In this document: piece by piece, positions 45,557-57,827 of the stretch | How positions within the stretch are numbered: the stretch's first letter is position 1 | How the letters are laid out: each line of letters opens with the position of its first letter | Source: Pseudogymnoascus verrucosus | Lineage: Eukaryota | Strand: one strand, 5' to 3' | Length of the DNA: 64,000 bases | NCBI GenBank assembly: GCA_001662655.1 | Contig: KV460208.1 | The notes under the pieces: model-generated | Database searches by the model: none | What the model saw: only the letters and a program-made list of their open reading frames with translations | What the model was told of the DNA's origin: nothing | Made by a program: the position numbers and the translations under genes

Positions 45557-46678
45557 TTAAACGTCTGTCATTTTCTCGTCCTTCCCTTCGGAGCTTCCCC
45601 CTCCTATCATCTCCACCATCTTCTCTAAGTCTTGCACCTCCCCTTTTGCAAGTTTCCTCCCTTCGGCTTGCCATTCTCCATCTCCCACCTCGCCATTCTT
45701 CCCTAGTTCTAGTCCAACAACCTTTTCCAAGTGTCTCCTCGTCTGCGTCTCAATATACTCTACACGCTGCTTCCGCCAAGTCTTTTCCCCTTGCCCTTCC
45801 GCAATATTCGGGTCCGCCTTCTTTCTTTCCCCTAGGAGCCTTTCTTGTGGCTTCAGCTCCGCCAACAGGGATTTGAGCGCCGGTAGCTGAGAAAGGACGA
45901 AGGCAGCATTGGTGCTGAGCGGCGTATCTCCTGTGCCATCTGCGAGGTCGGCTTTGTTTTCCAAATGCGCAAACACCGGGTATGCTGTATCATTTGTGCT
46001 CGGCTCGGATGATCCTGGCGCCTTCGAGGTTTCAGGGGCAGACTTTGGAGGAAGCCCACGCAGTGATCGCAAGCGGTTGATGATGGCTGTGTTCTTCGAA
46101 GACTCTGCGGTTAGCAGCCGATTGAGTCTTTGCGCTTCTTGTACTTTGGCTCGTTGAAGGCGGATTGTCTCGATAGTCGGCGCGTCGTCTGGGTGTTTAA
46201 AGTTCAAGCCCTGTTGAATCCATTAGCATAGACTCTCATTACGTCAACATATTCACATACCTCGTAATGCGGCAGCCTTATCCAGTCTTCTAAATCGTCT
46301 GGAATGGCAACAATTGACCGTAAAGCAAACACTTCCATCTTATCAAAGTTTTTGTCAATAGTAGTGCCCAGTAAGGTCTCTAGTTTGTGTGCGCCGGCCT
46401 CAATCTCAAGTTTCACTTGCGCCTCTAGCTCTACCGATTTTGGATCTGACGGATCGATGTTGAGGCCTAGGGCTTCCGGGGGTGCGGTGGAGAGGCCTTG
46501 CTCGACGGCATCTACGGCCTTCCATGCTAATTTATTGATACTATCTATAATATCGTCGAGTAGACTCTATCGAGATTTGTTAGAGACCGCTTGGAGGGGT
46601 AAAATTAAAGATCTAACCCACCACTGGCGTATGGCGCAAATGCTCCGTCAGGAGCGCCATTTTAGAATTGGTAGACAT
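45557..46678 (-). CDS. MIS12: Kinetochore protein Mis12/Mtw1, 3 exons
   Basis: ALLTEHLRHTPV|SLLDDIIDSIN...EIEAGAHKLETLL..TIDKNFDKMEVFALRSI. Confidence 0.9.
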
Positions 46679-47163
46679 TCCGGAAGCTAACGAGATTAAC
46701 AAGCTTGAAGTGATAAATCCATATCTGAACGAAAGCTCGCTGTTCAATCTGAGCTACAGTATCACGTCGTTGATTTGTGTACGCGACCGACAGTCGCGAT
46801 GTCAACTATCGATAAGGAAATGTGCCTGAGGCATATATGCACCAGGGGTCCTCAGGGTAGTACTTTAGTGCGTCTCCGCTGTCCAAACAGGTCTGTGGGA
46901 TTGTGAGATATATAATTTCCTGGTAGTATATGTGTCACGGTATTATCGTAATTATAATCGAACTATAATATTGGTTCGAAAGCTACAGTATTTCTAAAAT
47001 GAATGCTGGCAAACAAAGCCACATATGGGTTATCGCTGGGGTGGGGCAGCACCTGCCCGCCATATTTCCACTCGACTGTCGTCGTCATTAGTGCTGCAAT
47101 TATCCGCCAGTACCTCCCAAGGTTAATCTTAACCACCCAACCTACAAATCAGCAATTGTTGAG

Positions 47164-49474
47164 ATGTCGATCTCGGGCTACAACATCAGAGATACCGTGA
47201 AGAAGGGCTTGCAGTCGAAAGATGCAGATGGAAAGCCTAAAGAAGGTTGGCGAGCGGGGGATTTCAAGGGTCGTGATCAAATCGTTAGTATCTGAGTGGC
47301 AATTTCCAGCCATTAAGATTTGGATCCTGACTTCTATAGTCGGGTTTGATGGGAAGGGCCAAAGGCCAGACGACTCAGTCCAATACATCCGAATATGTAG
47401 CACGGCCACTTAGCTCATTGAAAGATCCCAGCTCGTTTGCGCCGCCACCAAGGAAGAACAGTTACCCCCAGCGGTCAACCCCGACAACCCCAGTAGGATC
47501 CCAAAATGGGCCCTCTGCAGCATACGGTCGACAAATTGAACAAGAACCGGAAGAGCCGAAGGCCCCAGAGCCATATCGTAGGGATACAACAGGGCTGTCC
47601 ACTTCTCACCTCCCCCCGCCTCCAGGAAGGAGAGAGAGAGCAGATGGAGGAGCTCCGGCGCCGAAAGCAAAGCCATCCCTCCCGCCACGGTTACCTCCCA
47701 GGCAAAATGAAAACCCAAGCCATCATACACCGCCGCCCCCACCAGCTTACCATGAAGCTGCGTCGGAACCTCCAGCGCATAGGGGAATATTAAATCAAGG
47801 TTCTCTCAGCAGGCTCGGCGCTGCAGGTGTGAGTGTCCCGGGATTTGACATCGGACCAAAAACCACCAAACTGGCGGCCAAGTCACCGCCTCCTATACCT
47901 TCTAGAAAGTCGACTCTGACAGACCAATCGCCTTCACATGATACTCAGGTGAACGCGCTGCAATCTCGTTTTTCCCAGATGCGGACTTCCTCCCCCAAAG
48001 AGCCAGCCGCGCAGGGGACAACCTGGGCCGAAAAGCAGTCTGCATTAAAGACAGCGTCCTCGTTCAGGGATAACCCATCATCAGTATCTTTCTCGGATGC
48101 CCGAAATGCGGCGTCAACATTCAATAATTTTAGAGAACGGCATGGCACGCAGGTAGCTTCTGGCCTGAAGTCTGCGAATGAAATGAACTCGAAATACGGA
48201 CTTGCCGACAAAGTCGTATCCCACGGTGGTTCAAGCAAGCAAGTCGAGCCAGAGCATGACGACGGCCCAATATTAATGGAAGATAAAACCGTGTCTCCAG
48301 CTAAGAAGGCGCCTCCGCCACCTCCGAAGAAGAAGCCTGGGCTAGGTGCGCCTGTCGACAGCTCCGGAGGGCCTCCTCCAATACCACTTGCAAGCAAACC
48401 AAAGCCTTCAGTAAGTAAATAAATGGATTAGTATAAAGAACTAGACTATTAAATATTGTTTAATGTTCCCAAAATTGTATCAGTCATCCACTTTCCAATG
48501 AGGGTGGTAATATTTAACCGACGTGGCCTTATTATTCTCCTTTTCAAGTTACGAAACTCCCGGTTTACCATAGAAGCTAATATTTCTAATAGATTGTACC
48601 AAAAGCAACTCCGAAAATCGAAGATTTCGATCTAGATCTCGAGAAACAATGGTTTGCCAACCAGCACATCGTATTCCCACCTGATTCCATAGAGCGAGTT
48701 CCTGGCTCTCGGGGTTACAGATATTCCTCTGGCTGGAGCTCTAACGGTGTGAGGAAAACATGCACTTTCAATGGCCTAGTAATATACAAGACGCTGGCTT
48801 ATACGAAGATCCACATAACTTGGGACGCCAGCAACCCGGGTTTGACGGTCAAATCAGAGCAGAAGCACTTTCCACCACCAATTTCTCCATCCAAATCGCA
48901 GCTAGACAGCTACCGACGACAGTAAGTCAAAACAAAGCTAGACTTCTAGGACTTCCCGGCTAACTGGTAAAGGTACTCCGAAAAACTTGCTCACTGGTGT
49001 GAACTACAAATGGGCACCCAAGTCGGCAATGGCGAGTGCTGGACGCTGGCAAATAATGGCCTTATCGCCGTTGCGTCTGCTTGCACTGACCGTGGTGAAG
49101 AACCTTGTATGGCAAGTCAGGGCTACGTGCATGGCGTTCTGATCTATGAAAAGATCGGACGTAAGCACCCTGAACCTCATGGTGGGGTCTTGTCTGCTGG
49201 AGTTGCCAGGGGTGATATCCTTCAATTCTGGAAAGCGCGTCTTGAGGCGAAAGATGGAAGGAGTTGGAAGAGTGCAGGGGCACCGGATCATACTGCTGTG
49301 ATTACAAGAGTGGAAAACAACGGCGTTTTGAAGACTCTTGAGCAGAATATGGGCGGCGTGAAAACCGTTAAAGAGGGAAGTTATGACGTGGATGAGTTGG
49401 TGGAAGGTGAAGTGAGAATCTTCAGGGCTGCTGGTGTTAACTGGGTAGGCCCATTGGAAGCCACCTGGCCCTGA
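47164..49474 (+). CDS. Proline-rich Aim3/Bbc1-like protein with C-terminal cysteine-proteinase (CHAP/papain-like) fold, 4 exons
   Basis: LKDPSSFAPPP, PSLPPRLPPR, GTTWAEKQ. In-frame splicing via introns ~47284-47339, 48411-48592 and 48922-48972 leads to VGNGECWTLA...PDHTAVI...LEQN. Confidence 0.75.
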
Positions 49475-49770
49475 AACGGTGCGAGTTTGAAGGGTTCAAT
49501 TATTAACTTTTTTGTATCAATAATCCCTTTGACCTGGCCCTTGGAATACTTACATTCATTTTATTGGTAACGATGGCTCTTGTTGGGGCCTGCAAACTCG
49601 CAAATTCACGTGGGCCACTGAGGTTCATCCTAACCACGAAGAATAAGAATCATCAATGGGGTAAAATAGTGATATTATTTATGCTAAAAGAACGTTAACG
49701 AAGCTGTAGGATATATTTTGTCACATAGTTACCTAGTTACCACGAGCCTGGGATAATATACGGTGGCCGC

Positions 49771-50574
49771 TCACATTCCGGTGAGTATTGCGGCAGCGTC
49801 AATGTCTGCTTCGGCCTCGTCCGGGTTTTCTGTGATAGAGCTCATAACAATATTGTAAGTCTGCCTGCAAGTAGGGCAAGTTTTCGGGTCGCTTCGCGCC
49901 AGCCACTCATATATGCAAATTAGGTGATATATGTGTCCGCAGGGAAGGGAGCGAATTGAATTATTGTTGATACTCTTAAGGCAAATGCCGCAGTCGTCCT
50001 GGTGGATATCGGGGTATGTCCTGGCATCGACGTAAGAGAAGAGCTCAGAATGCTCATGCAGGGCACCCACCTCAAAAGTCCTGTCGGATAGCGGAACGCC
50101 GTTTATGTCGGCCCGCAGTCGCTCGTTGGCAGTATTACTGTCGTGTCTGATTAGCATTTCCATTAAAATGTCCAGGGGGGCGTCGGTGTGGTTCACCTCG
50201 TATGGAGCAAGCCTGGCTTGGCCCTCTCGCTGCACTCGCATCATGGTCATAAAGGTGTGGCGACGCTGAAGTATTTCCATCATTGGGAGAGGGGGGTCTG
50301 GCTGTCCAGCAGCGGGCGTGTCCGACCTTTCCTCGGAAGTCCTGGGGATATTTGGATGCTGTCGACACCATGTGCATGCTAGATCCCACATGTAGCTGTA
50401 GTATGGCAATGTATAATCACAGGCGTCATCGCAGGCGGCATGCGGATGTTTGTGAGTGCCGCTAGCCCATATCTTCTGTTTATCTCTGCAGTGCTTTCGG
50501 GTTGAGGTGTGGCCGCAGTTGTGGAAGAAGGTGATGAATACGAAGCATTGAACTTGCTCGGCGAGGTTCGCCAT
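49771..50574 (-). CDS. RING-H2 finger protein
   Basis: CGIC-x11-LPCGHIYHLICIYEWL-x7-CPTCR. Confidence 0.85.
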   Translation of the reverse strand: MANLAEQVQCFVFITFFHNCGHTSTRKHCRDKQKIWASGTHKHPHAACDDACDYTLPYYSYMWDLACTWCRQHPNIPRTSEERSDTPAAGQPDPPLPMMEILQRRHTFMTMMRVQREGQARLAPYEVNHTDAPLDILMEMLIRHDSNTANERLRADINGVPLSDRTFEVGALHEHSELFSYVDARTYPDIHQDDCGICLKSINNNSIRSLPCGHIYHLICIYEWLARSDPKTCPTCRQTYNIVMSSITENPDEAEADIDAAAILTGM

Positions 50575-51275
50575 TTTGGCTGTCTGTCTTTGATGATGTT
50601 GTCGAGAGCGCGGTATCTGGACGATGTGCCCTGAATTGGTCTTGGATAGTTATTGTCATGCGAAAGTGATGTCTTCGGGGTGTCTGGCTAAAAAAAGGTT
50701 GGGTGAGGTGTAACGATGCCTCCTTAAATACGCTGCAGCCGTATGGCCTCCTGCCATATACGAAACATATGATCAAAGGCATTTCAAATACAGTCATTGT
50801 TCATTTTCAGGCTTATACCACAACAATGGATTCATTGTTAAACAACAAAGGTGTTCTGAATACGATCTTCAATGACTTTGTTTCACACTGGACATCCGTT
50901 ACGTTTAACAAGGCCATTGTTAAAGGCGCGTCTCATGCTCTTTGCTACGTCGTGAGGATAAAGGAAAGTGATGCCTGCACAAACCCAGCTACTTAGACAG
51001 TGGTCATATCTTCAAACTTCTAGAAGATAGAGAACAATTCTGAATCGTTCAAAGGATCTCTTAGATAGAATGCTTCAACTTCAAACAGTATGTTATTCTC
51101 CTATGGAACATATATAGGCTCCAATCTGCCGTCATAAGCATTAGTATCTCCAGAAATCTTGTGCTTCAGTATTCCAGTAGAACAACAAAACCTACAATAT
51201 CCCCGGAGGGTATCGAGTCAATCAATACAAAAATATTGAAGGAAACCCCATAACTGGGAGCGCCGAAGATTAAAC

Positions 51276-52751
51276 ATGCCTCGAACTTCCATACACTGGG
51301 TTGAGGACATGTCCCACAACGACACCTTGACCCTCACAAAGCTTCTAAGGCTGCCAGAAAGATTACAAGTTGAGGAAAACTGGCTCGTAAGGCAAGAGAA
51401 GAAGATTGTATACTTACCAACCCACTTGAAAAGGTCAAGGGCTCTTATCCCACGCCTGGTCGAGAAGTTTACCAGCCCCAGCACCAAAGCAATTCTCTGC
51501 CCGAGCCACAGGTGCCTCGATCCACAGCTCATCCGTCGATTGTTTCTTTCCATAGTCGACGAGTGCACAACCCGAGTTCGCCGCTTCACGGACTCCCCTC
51601 CATCAGACCGCGATATCAGGGCGTGGTTGACTCGAGTTAAGACTATCAACTCGCTTTGGACGCAACCAATACTATATCGTTACCTTTTCAACGCAAACCC
51701 AGGTGATCCGGAGTTTGAATATACCCACAGCGAGTGCGAAGCATGTATTCTTGCCACAATAGGGGGAAACACGACGATGCTCGCTGATCTACGGATCTGT
51801 GCCATCACTCGCAGGACGAACCACGGACCAACCCCCCGCATTATCAGAATCCTCGATGGCTGGCTGTATTGGACAGGGATGGCTGAAACCATCAGAGCTG
51901 AATCCGATCCGTTATATTTGAAGGTTAGGAACGCGCGCCGTGGAAGGCCGATAACTCAAAGTTATGACTCGCACGCAATGCCGGAAACTATCAACGACAG
52001 GAGAGATGGCACGAGAGATTACAAGAGAGACGACAGGAGAGATAACAGGAGTGAGGACAGGAGAGATGACAAGGGTGATGACAGGAGAGATCAGCGAATA
52101 CCTGAATCGACTGATGCAGACATCATCGGTTTCTACCTCAACCGACTATCACGAATGTCTCGCACTCACCAGAGATCCGGGCGGCCGAACAACGACAGCA
52201 CTCACAGCCTTCATCCAGCCTTTCGCGACAACATTGTTTTTGACGCCTCAACTGGAATATACGGCCAACGCCAGGAAGACGACATCCCCCTAGTCCCAAG
52301 TATACCCAGCATAATACCGGAACCAAAGCGGCAGCCCCCTATGGCCAGTAGCAGCTATAGTCGTGCTGGTTCTGGCGTGGGATTTTCAAACAGTACATCG
52401 AAAATGACAGAATGGCGCCATGACGACTACGCTGAACAGCGCTCGGAAGCATATCGCAAACTAGTAGGTGCTCCTGAGAGTCCCAAGGTTGACGACAAGA
52501 AAAGCCATCCGCATACTAACACGGACTACAGGTCACCCGAGACAGCGAAGTCACACAAGACAGCAAAGAGATGGAGTGGCTCCAGCAGTATCCGTGGACC
52601 TGAGGCGATAGCTCGTCACCGTGCCAAAACATATCGAAAACTAGAAGGTAAGCCCGCAGGTTCTATCATATCCAGTACACTTTCGAGCCCGAAAATGACT
52701 TGGGAAGAATTTAAGGGAACAGTTCACCTGACCAGCCAGAATAGAAACTAG
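51276..52751 (+). CDS. Hypothetical protein (Cys-containing N-terminal domain, disordered C-terminus)
   Basis: 491-aa ATG ORF; LCPSHRCL and CEACILATIGG blocks. Confidence 0.7.
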   Translation: MPRTSIHWVEDMSHNDTLTLTKLLRLPERLQVEENWLVRQEKKIVYLPTHLKRSRALIPRLVEKFTSPSTKAILCPSHRCLDPQLIRRLFLSIVDECTTRVRRFTDSPPSDRDIRAWLTRVKTINSLWTQPILYRYLFNANPGDPEFEYTHSECEACILATIGGNTTMLADLRICAITRRTNHGPTPRIIRILDGWLYWTGMAETIRAESDPLYLKVRNARRGRPITQSYDSHAMPETINDRRDGTRDYKRDDRRDNRSEDRRDDKGDDRRDQRIPESTDADIIGFYLNRLSRMSRTHQRSGRPNNDSTHSLHPAFRDNIVFDASTGIYGQRQEDDIPLVPSIPSIIPEPKRQPPMASSSYSRAGSGVGFSNSTSKMTEWRHDDYAEQRSEAYRKLVGAPESPKVDDKKSHPHTNTDYRSPETAKSHKTAKRWSGSSSIRGPEAIARHRAKTYRKLEGKPAGSIISSTLSSPKMTWEEFKGTVHLTSQNRN

Positions 52752-52947
52752 ATTGATTTTAGAAGCTTGACAGGATTAAACATTACATATTTCTCTAGAA
52801 TGATAGGTCCAAATGGTGGGTATTTATTTTGAAGTAGATGCTGAGTTGTGATGAGTATTCCGTCTATAACTTATGTCCCAAAGTCCTCCACTCTAAGCTT
52901 GTTCTCGACTCGACATGTAATAAACAACAAGCACCAGAAGCGGCGCT

Positions 52948-55863
52948 CTATTCATCGCCCGCTTCGTTTTCGTAAAGCTTTAGCAAAGCCGGTCTGAACT
53001 CCGCTACCTTTGCAAAGTCTCCAACTTTACATCTCATGTAGTCAAAGGCGACAATAGCTATCTGGTCGTCCGAATTGTCCATTACTGGGATCTTCTGGTA
53101 CCTTTGACTGAAATGTGTCAAGAGGATCCTTCTCGCCTCCATCTTCTTTGCAACCCATAGAGCATTCGCTGTCGTAGAATGCTTTTTCGCTATTGCATCA
53201 CCCTCTAGTTCGTTGTCGAACGTAGCCTCATGGATGAGAACAGTCGCTCCTTTTCCGATCCTTGCGAATTCAGCTGACGGTCTGCAATCCCCCGAATAGG
53301 CCACTGAGAAGCCATTGGGGAATTTCAAAACAACTGCGAGAGCCTGGTGGCAATGCGTCACTTGGCAAGCTACGATAGAGCTTAAACCATAAGCGTCGAT
53401 TTCTTCGCTGCTGAAGTTGTTGGTCCAAGTATTTCCATGACTCAACCTTAGGGACTTGACACGCGAATAGCCGAAGTCTTCAACATGGGAATATTCCGAC
53501 AGCCATCCAAGCATACCATCTTCAGATGAAACGATAATACTGTTGGACTTTGTTTCCTCGTGTCGGCTAGTCTCTTCATGCCATGCCCTCAGTACTGACA
53601 CTGTGCCAAGGTGGTGATCAGCATGGAGATGACTGATCCAGATGACCTTCAAATCTCTGAGAACCTGGGGCATTTCATCGCCAAACACACGCTTCAGCTG
53701 ACCCAATGTGTTCTCTCCGCAATCAAACAAGTAGTTCCCTACTCCAGGAACGCGTAATAGTGTAGCGGAGACATTTCGATATTTAGATGGCACAGAAGAT
53801 CCGGTTCCAAGGGTTATAAGCTCTGCGTCTTTGCAGGGGATATCCTCTTGGACCTTGGCGAGCTTGGCCAGATACTCTGGATCAATTATTCTCTTCTGAG
53901 CGGCCTGGGAAAGTTGAAGGACTTCCTTATCTAGCCAATTGGGTGCTCCTGGATTCGCCGAGCTTTGCAGCTCCACCAGGACTTTAGCTGCATCAAAAGG
54001 TTTCGGCGCGACTTTATCTTCTTTGGCTTCACGTGATTCTCCCAGTTGTAGAACATCTTCGACTTGTGCTTTGATCCAATCAGTGGACTTCGATGCGTCG
54101 CTGGGAAGATTATTGTTATATGCCGGAATGGGAAATCGCTCAGAATCGACGAGATGCAGCTTTAGCTCTGCTACAGTTGCCGACTGGAAAGCAATATTAT
54201 CGGGACAGCAGTCCACCGAGGATATTATATGCTTCAGGTGGCTATACTTCGCTCTGAAAGCGGCCAACCTCTCATCCGCAAAGACACCTTCGCCGAGGAT
54301 CCAGTAAATAGCCTTGACGCCTTCCATGACTTTCTCTGAAGACCACTCTTTTTGATTAAGTAACCCCTCAATATAATCTGCGGATGGCAGCTCCACGACT
54401 GCGAACGCACCCCCCACTCTTTCTGGAGACATAACCATATCTGGTGTTACCGTCGTGCCAGCTTCTGTCACGACACTTTTTCCCATTGTCAAGTCGCGGA
54501 AAGAGCTGCCGGGTTTGACTCCTAGTTCTTTCGCGGCTTTAGGATCGAACTTTCCACGCTGGGGATAGTTTTTGATGATGTAAGATCGAGAGATTGTTGA
54601 CCGACTTGTCGGAGGCAAACTTTCGATACGAGCTCCTGGCCAAGGATTCCGAACCAAAACATCTATGTCTGGCACATACTGATCGCTGCTCGGCAATGGT
54701 CCCTTGTATTCTTCGATCTTTCCTGCTTCGTTTCTTACAAATATGGCGGCTGGCATTTTTACCTCTGAGAGCTTCTTAGATACCAGCGCATCCATTTGCC
54801 AAGTTGAATCAAACATGTGACCAATGACCCCTTTTCGTATTTGGTTATAACGATCTTCCCTCTGTTCCGCTGTTTCTTCCAGCTTGCCGTCAAATGACAT
54901 AACATCTTGCTTGCTATATTCAGAGGTCTCATCCCCAGAGATCTCTTCGTGGCTCCTCTTCCTCGTATGGTGGGAGAGTGACTGATCGGGCACTACATCC
55001 ATAGCCCAGACTTGGATGTTGCTGTCAGACCAGGAAGGCGCGAAGGCGTCAGCAGCGGAAGCAAAGTCTTGTGACTCAATAATATCTAGCGGCATTCCTT
55101 TTCTGAAGATAAATCGCCGAGCGGTGGCTAACAAATGATTCATATTCTCGGCCGCGTAAATTTTTACTCTCTTTGGCTCTTCATCGTTTGTATCCCCTAT
55201 TCTGCGTTTCTTTCCTTTGCCGGGATTCTCCTTCAGAGAAGCAGCCTTGGTGATTAAGACATCGGCTACAGTTAGAATCATTCCGAGAAGTCCTCCATTG
55301 TTTTGCCAACTTGTTTTCCCAGTGAGTAATATATCCTCCAATTTTGCCAGGCCGATCTTCTGCTGTATGCATGCCCTCTGCGTCCCCTCGCTGACATTCC
55401 CAATCATATAACGCTTATTATCAAAATGCAAAAGTAGTGTCGTACCGGGAGTGTCCGCTGTGGGAGTCGTGATAACCTGCACGTAGCTGCGCATTATTGC
55501 GGACTTGCTCCGTCGGCTGGATACTGGAATTTGATTCGGATGCTGCGGTCTCTTTGTGAGATCTGAAAGGATCTTCTTCAGGGGGGCACCAAGGACAAGC
55601 CAGTGACTGGGACTGGTTCTGGCCCCCTTAACCTTTGGACCTTTGATAAGCTGATGGGAGGAAATATCTCTCTGAGGGCTCCTGAAATCTATTTGTCGAA
55701 CGGGCGTTGAGCTCCAAACTCTCTTCGTGTGTGATTTGGTTATCTGTAGAGCCTTTTTGTAGCCTGGATGCGCCTTTGGTATCGAGATTGTCCGCTGTGC
55801 AGGCCGAACTTCATTCCGCAGATTTCCTAGTAATGGCTGTGATACGGAAAAAAACCGACTCAT
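52948..55863 (-). CDS. TRZ1: tRNase Z (long form, ELAC2)
   Basis: TPTADTPG, EGTQR, LGTGSSVPSKYRNVS, DCGE, SHLHADHHLG, YSGDCRP, IHEATF, LTHFSQRY. Confidence 0.96.
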   Translation of the reverse strand: MSRFFSVSQPLLGNLRNEVRPAQRTISIPKAHPGYKKALQITKSHTKRVWSSTPVRQIDFRSPQRDISSHQLIKGPKVKGARTSPSHWLVLGAPLKKILSDLTKRPQHPNQIPVSSRRSKSAIMRSYVQVITTPTADTPGTTLLLHFDNKRYMIGNVSEGTQRACIQQKIGLAKLEDILLTGKTSWQNNGGLLGMILTVADVLITKAASLKENPGKGKKRRIGDTNDEEPKRVKIYAAENMNHLLATARRFIFRKGMPLDIIESQDFASAADAFAPSWSDSNIQVWAMDVVPDQSLSHHTRKRSHEEISGDETSEYSKQDVMSFDGKLEETAEQREDRYNQIRKGVIGHMFDSTWQMDALVSKKLSEVKMPAAIFVRNEAGKIEEYKGPLPSSDQYVPDIDVLVRNPWPGARIESLPPTSRSTISRSYIIKNYPQRGKFDPKAAKELGVKPGSSFRDLTMGKSVVTEAGTTVTPDMVMSPERVGGAFAVVELPSADYIEGLLNQKEWSSEKVMEGVKAIYWILGEGVFADERLAAFRAKYSHLKHIISSVDCCPDNIAFQSATVAELKLHLVDSERFPIPAYNNNLPSDASKSTDWIKAQVEDVLQLGESREAKEDKVAPKPFDAAKVLVELQSSANPGAPNWLDKEVLQLSQAAQKRIIDPEYLAKLAKVQEDIPCKDAELITLGTGSSVPSKYRNVSATLLRVPGVGNYLFDCGENTLGQLKRVFGDEMPQVLRDLKVIWISHLHADHHLGTVSVLRAWHEETSRHEETKSNSIIVSSEDGMLGWLSEYSHVEDFGYSRVKSLRLSHGNTWTNNFSSEEIDAYGLSSIVACQVTHCHQALAVVLKFPNGFSVAYSGDCRPSAEFARIGKGATVLIHEATFDNELEGDAIAKKHSTTANALWVAKKMEARRILLTHFSQRYQKIPVMDNSDDQIAIVAFDYMRCKVGDFAKVAEFRPALLKLYENEAGDE

Positions 55864-56316
55864 GAATGCTCATCTCACTTCACAGCTCTTTCATTGGCGT
55901 CCTGTTGCTCGGTTTCGACTGTCCTTAATTTGGACCTTCAGTAAGTCGGGACAATATTTCCAGGTAAGGCTGGTTGATTAGTCAGCACATTTTTCACAAG
56001 GCTGAAATAACCCGTAGGCGTTAATCACATGAAGGGTATGGTTTTGGTGCAACGTGGGATCTCAAAATGAAATATTATATAGTTCGTAACATCAATGTCT
56101 TTGATATATTCATAAGGTATATTGTTGCGTTTGGGATAGGGACATAATTAACCTCGCTCAGTGTGGACATATACGTTTAATACTAAAATCATAAAGAGGG
56201 GGCATTTTCATTGTATTGGAGAATATCAGGCTACCATATGGCACATCCGTCTCCAACTTGTTGGGCTGTGATGCAACAGAACCAGCTTCCCAATAACCAT
56301 TCATTAAATATACGAT

Positions 56317-57114
56317 CTAGACCTTCTCGCCGACAAGGCCGTGCTTCCAGACAGTGATGTAGGGGGTGACACCATCCTCACGGTAGTTCATAAGGGCAAC
56401 CCTACGATATAAGTCAGCAATCTCTTCAATCCCTTAGCGTAGAATGGATATATGACTTACATTCCATCAGGGTCCATGGACTCGCCGACGTAGAAATCGT
56501 AGTCCTTGAAGTTGCCGACGATCTTCTTGGCGTAAGTTGCGGCGCCCTTCTCGAAAGCAGTGATTTCCTCCTCAGCTGCGCCCTTCTCCTTTAGCTTCGT
56601 CTTGACGGTCTTCATGTAACCTAAAACTGTTAGTAACCAGCATAGATCACAGGACCTAAAATGCGAAGAGCATACCCTTAAGATGGCTGAGGTAGGTCTT
56701 CTTGTCAAACTGGGTTGACTGGAGACGGAAGGAGTTGACAACATTGTTGACCTGGACAGCTCCATCCTCAACGCCCTCCTCAGCCTCCTCGGCAGAAGCG
56801 TTGGCACCGGTGTCTATTTGATTGTGTCAGTTGGAGAGCCGTAACACATGCATCGAACGTTTAGGTTTGTACATACTGACTTCGACAGCGCCCAGGGTGA
56901 TCATCGCACAGTCGACCTCGTAGACAACTCCATCAACCTCCTTGGGGTCGAAACTATCCGAGATCATCTCGTCGCCCGAGATAATATCCTATAGGAGAGG
57001 CATTAGCGGTCTGAGTTTCAACCAGTTCGGTAGATAATGAGAGCGGGGTCAAAGTTCGCCCCTCGCCTGGGCTATTTTGTCTCATGGAAGCCCACGAACC
57101 TTGAAAATAATCAT
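56317..57114 (-). CDS. TMA19: Translationally controlled tumour protein (TCTP), 5 exons
   Basis: [52 protein letters not shown]. Confidence 0.96.
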
Positions 57115-57827
57115 TTTGGCGGTGACGTGTTAAAGTCAAAAGGTTGCGATAAGAAAGACGGAAGAAACTGCTGTTTGCGAAGTCCAAATTATGAAACCAA
57201 CAATGGAGGGGGAGGAGAAAACTCGTGGTGGCCTTGAATCCTCAGTGTTGGTGGGGTCAATTGAAACTAGAACAAAACAAGTTAGTATCCTTAAGGCTAA
57301 AAATTCTGTCAACTTTCGGGGGGTACGAGGAGAGTTCAGCCACGGGTGGCGTGGTGGTGATACATACATCTATACGGAGTACATCTCCGTACATGTACTA
57401 GCTTACCAGCCACACAATATTCAATCCCGTCGGTAATTCAGTAACTAAGTCACATGATTTATAACTTTTAAGTGGGACACTTTTGGGGGCAAACTCATAC
57501 TTCAAGGGAACCATAAACTCCGTTACTCTACTCAGGGAACAGAGCGACGATTGTCACTTTCTACTTTCTTTAGCAGTAGAAACACACGTGTGAATATATC
57601 ACTGCAGACCCAAGAAGCTAGTTTACGTAAGGAGACTTAGGTTCATCGATGCCCATCGAGCCAACGCGGCACTTCCGGATGCGCAGATCTAACCGAGATT
57701 ATTCGACGTTGGTGCCATAAACGGGTGAGAAGGAGTGAGGCAACATCCTCCAGACTGTCAGCAACACAACCTCTTACGTTTGCCCGAGTTGTCGCCCGTC
57801 GTGTGAACCACGATAACTGTCTTGACA

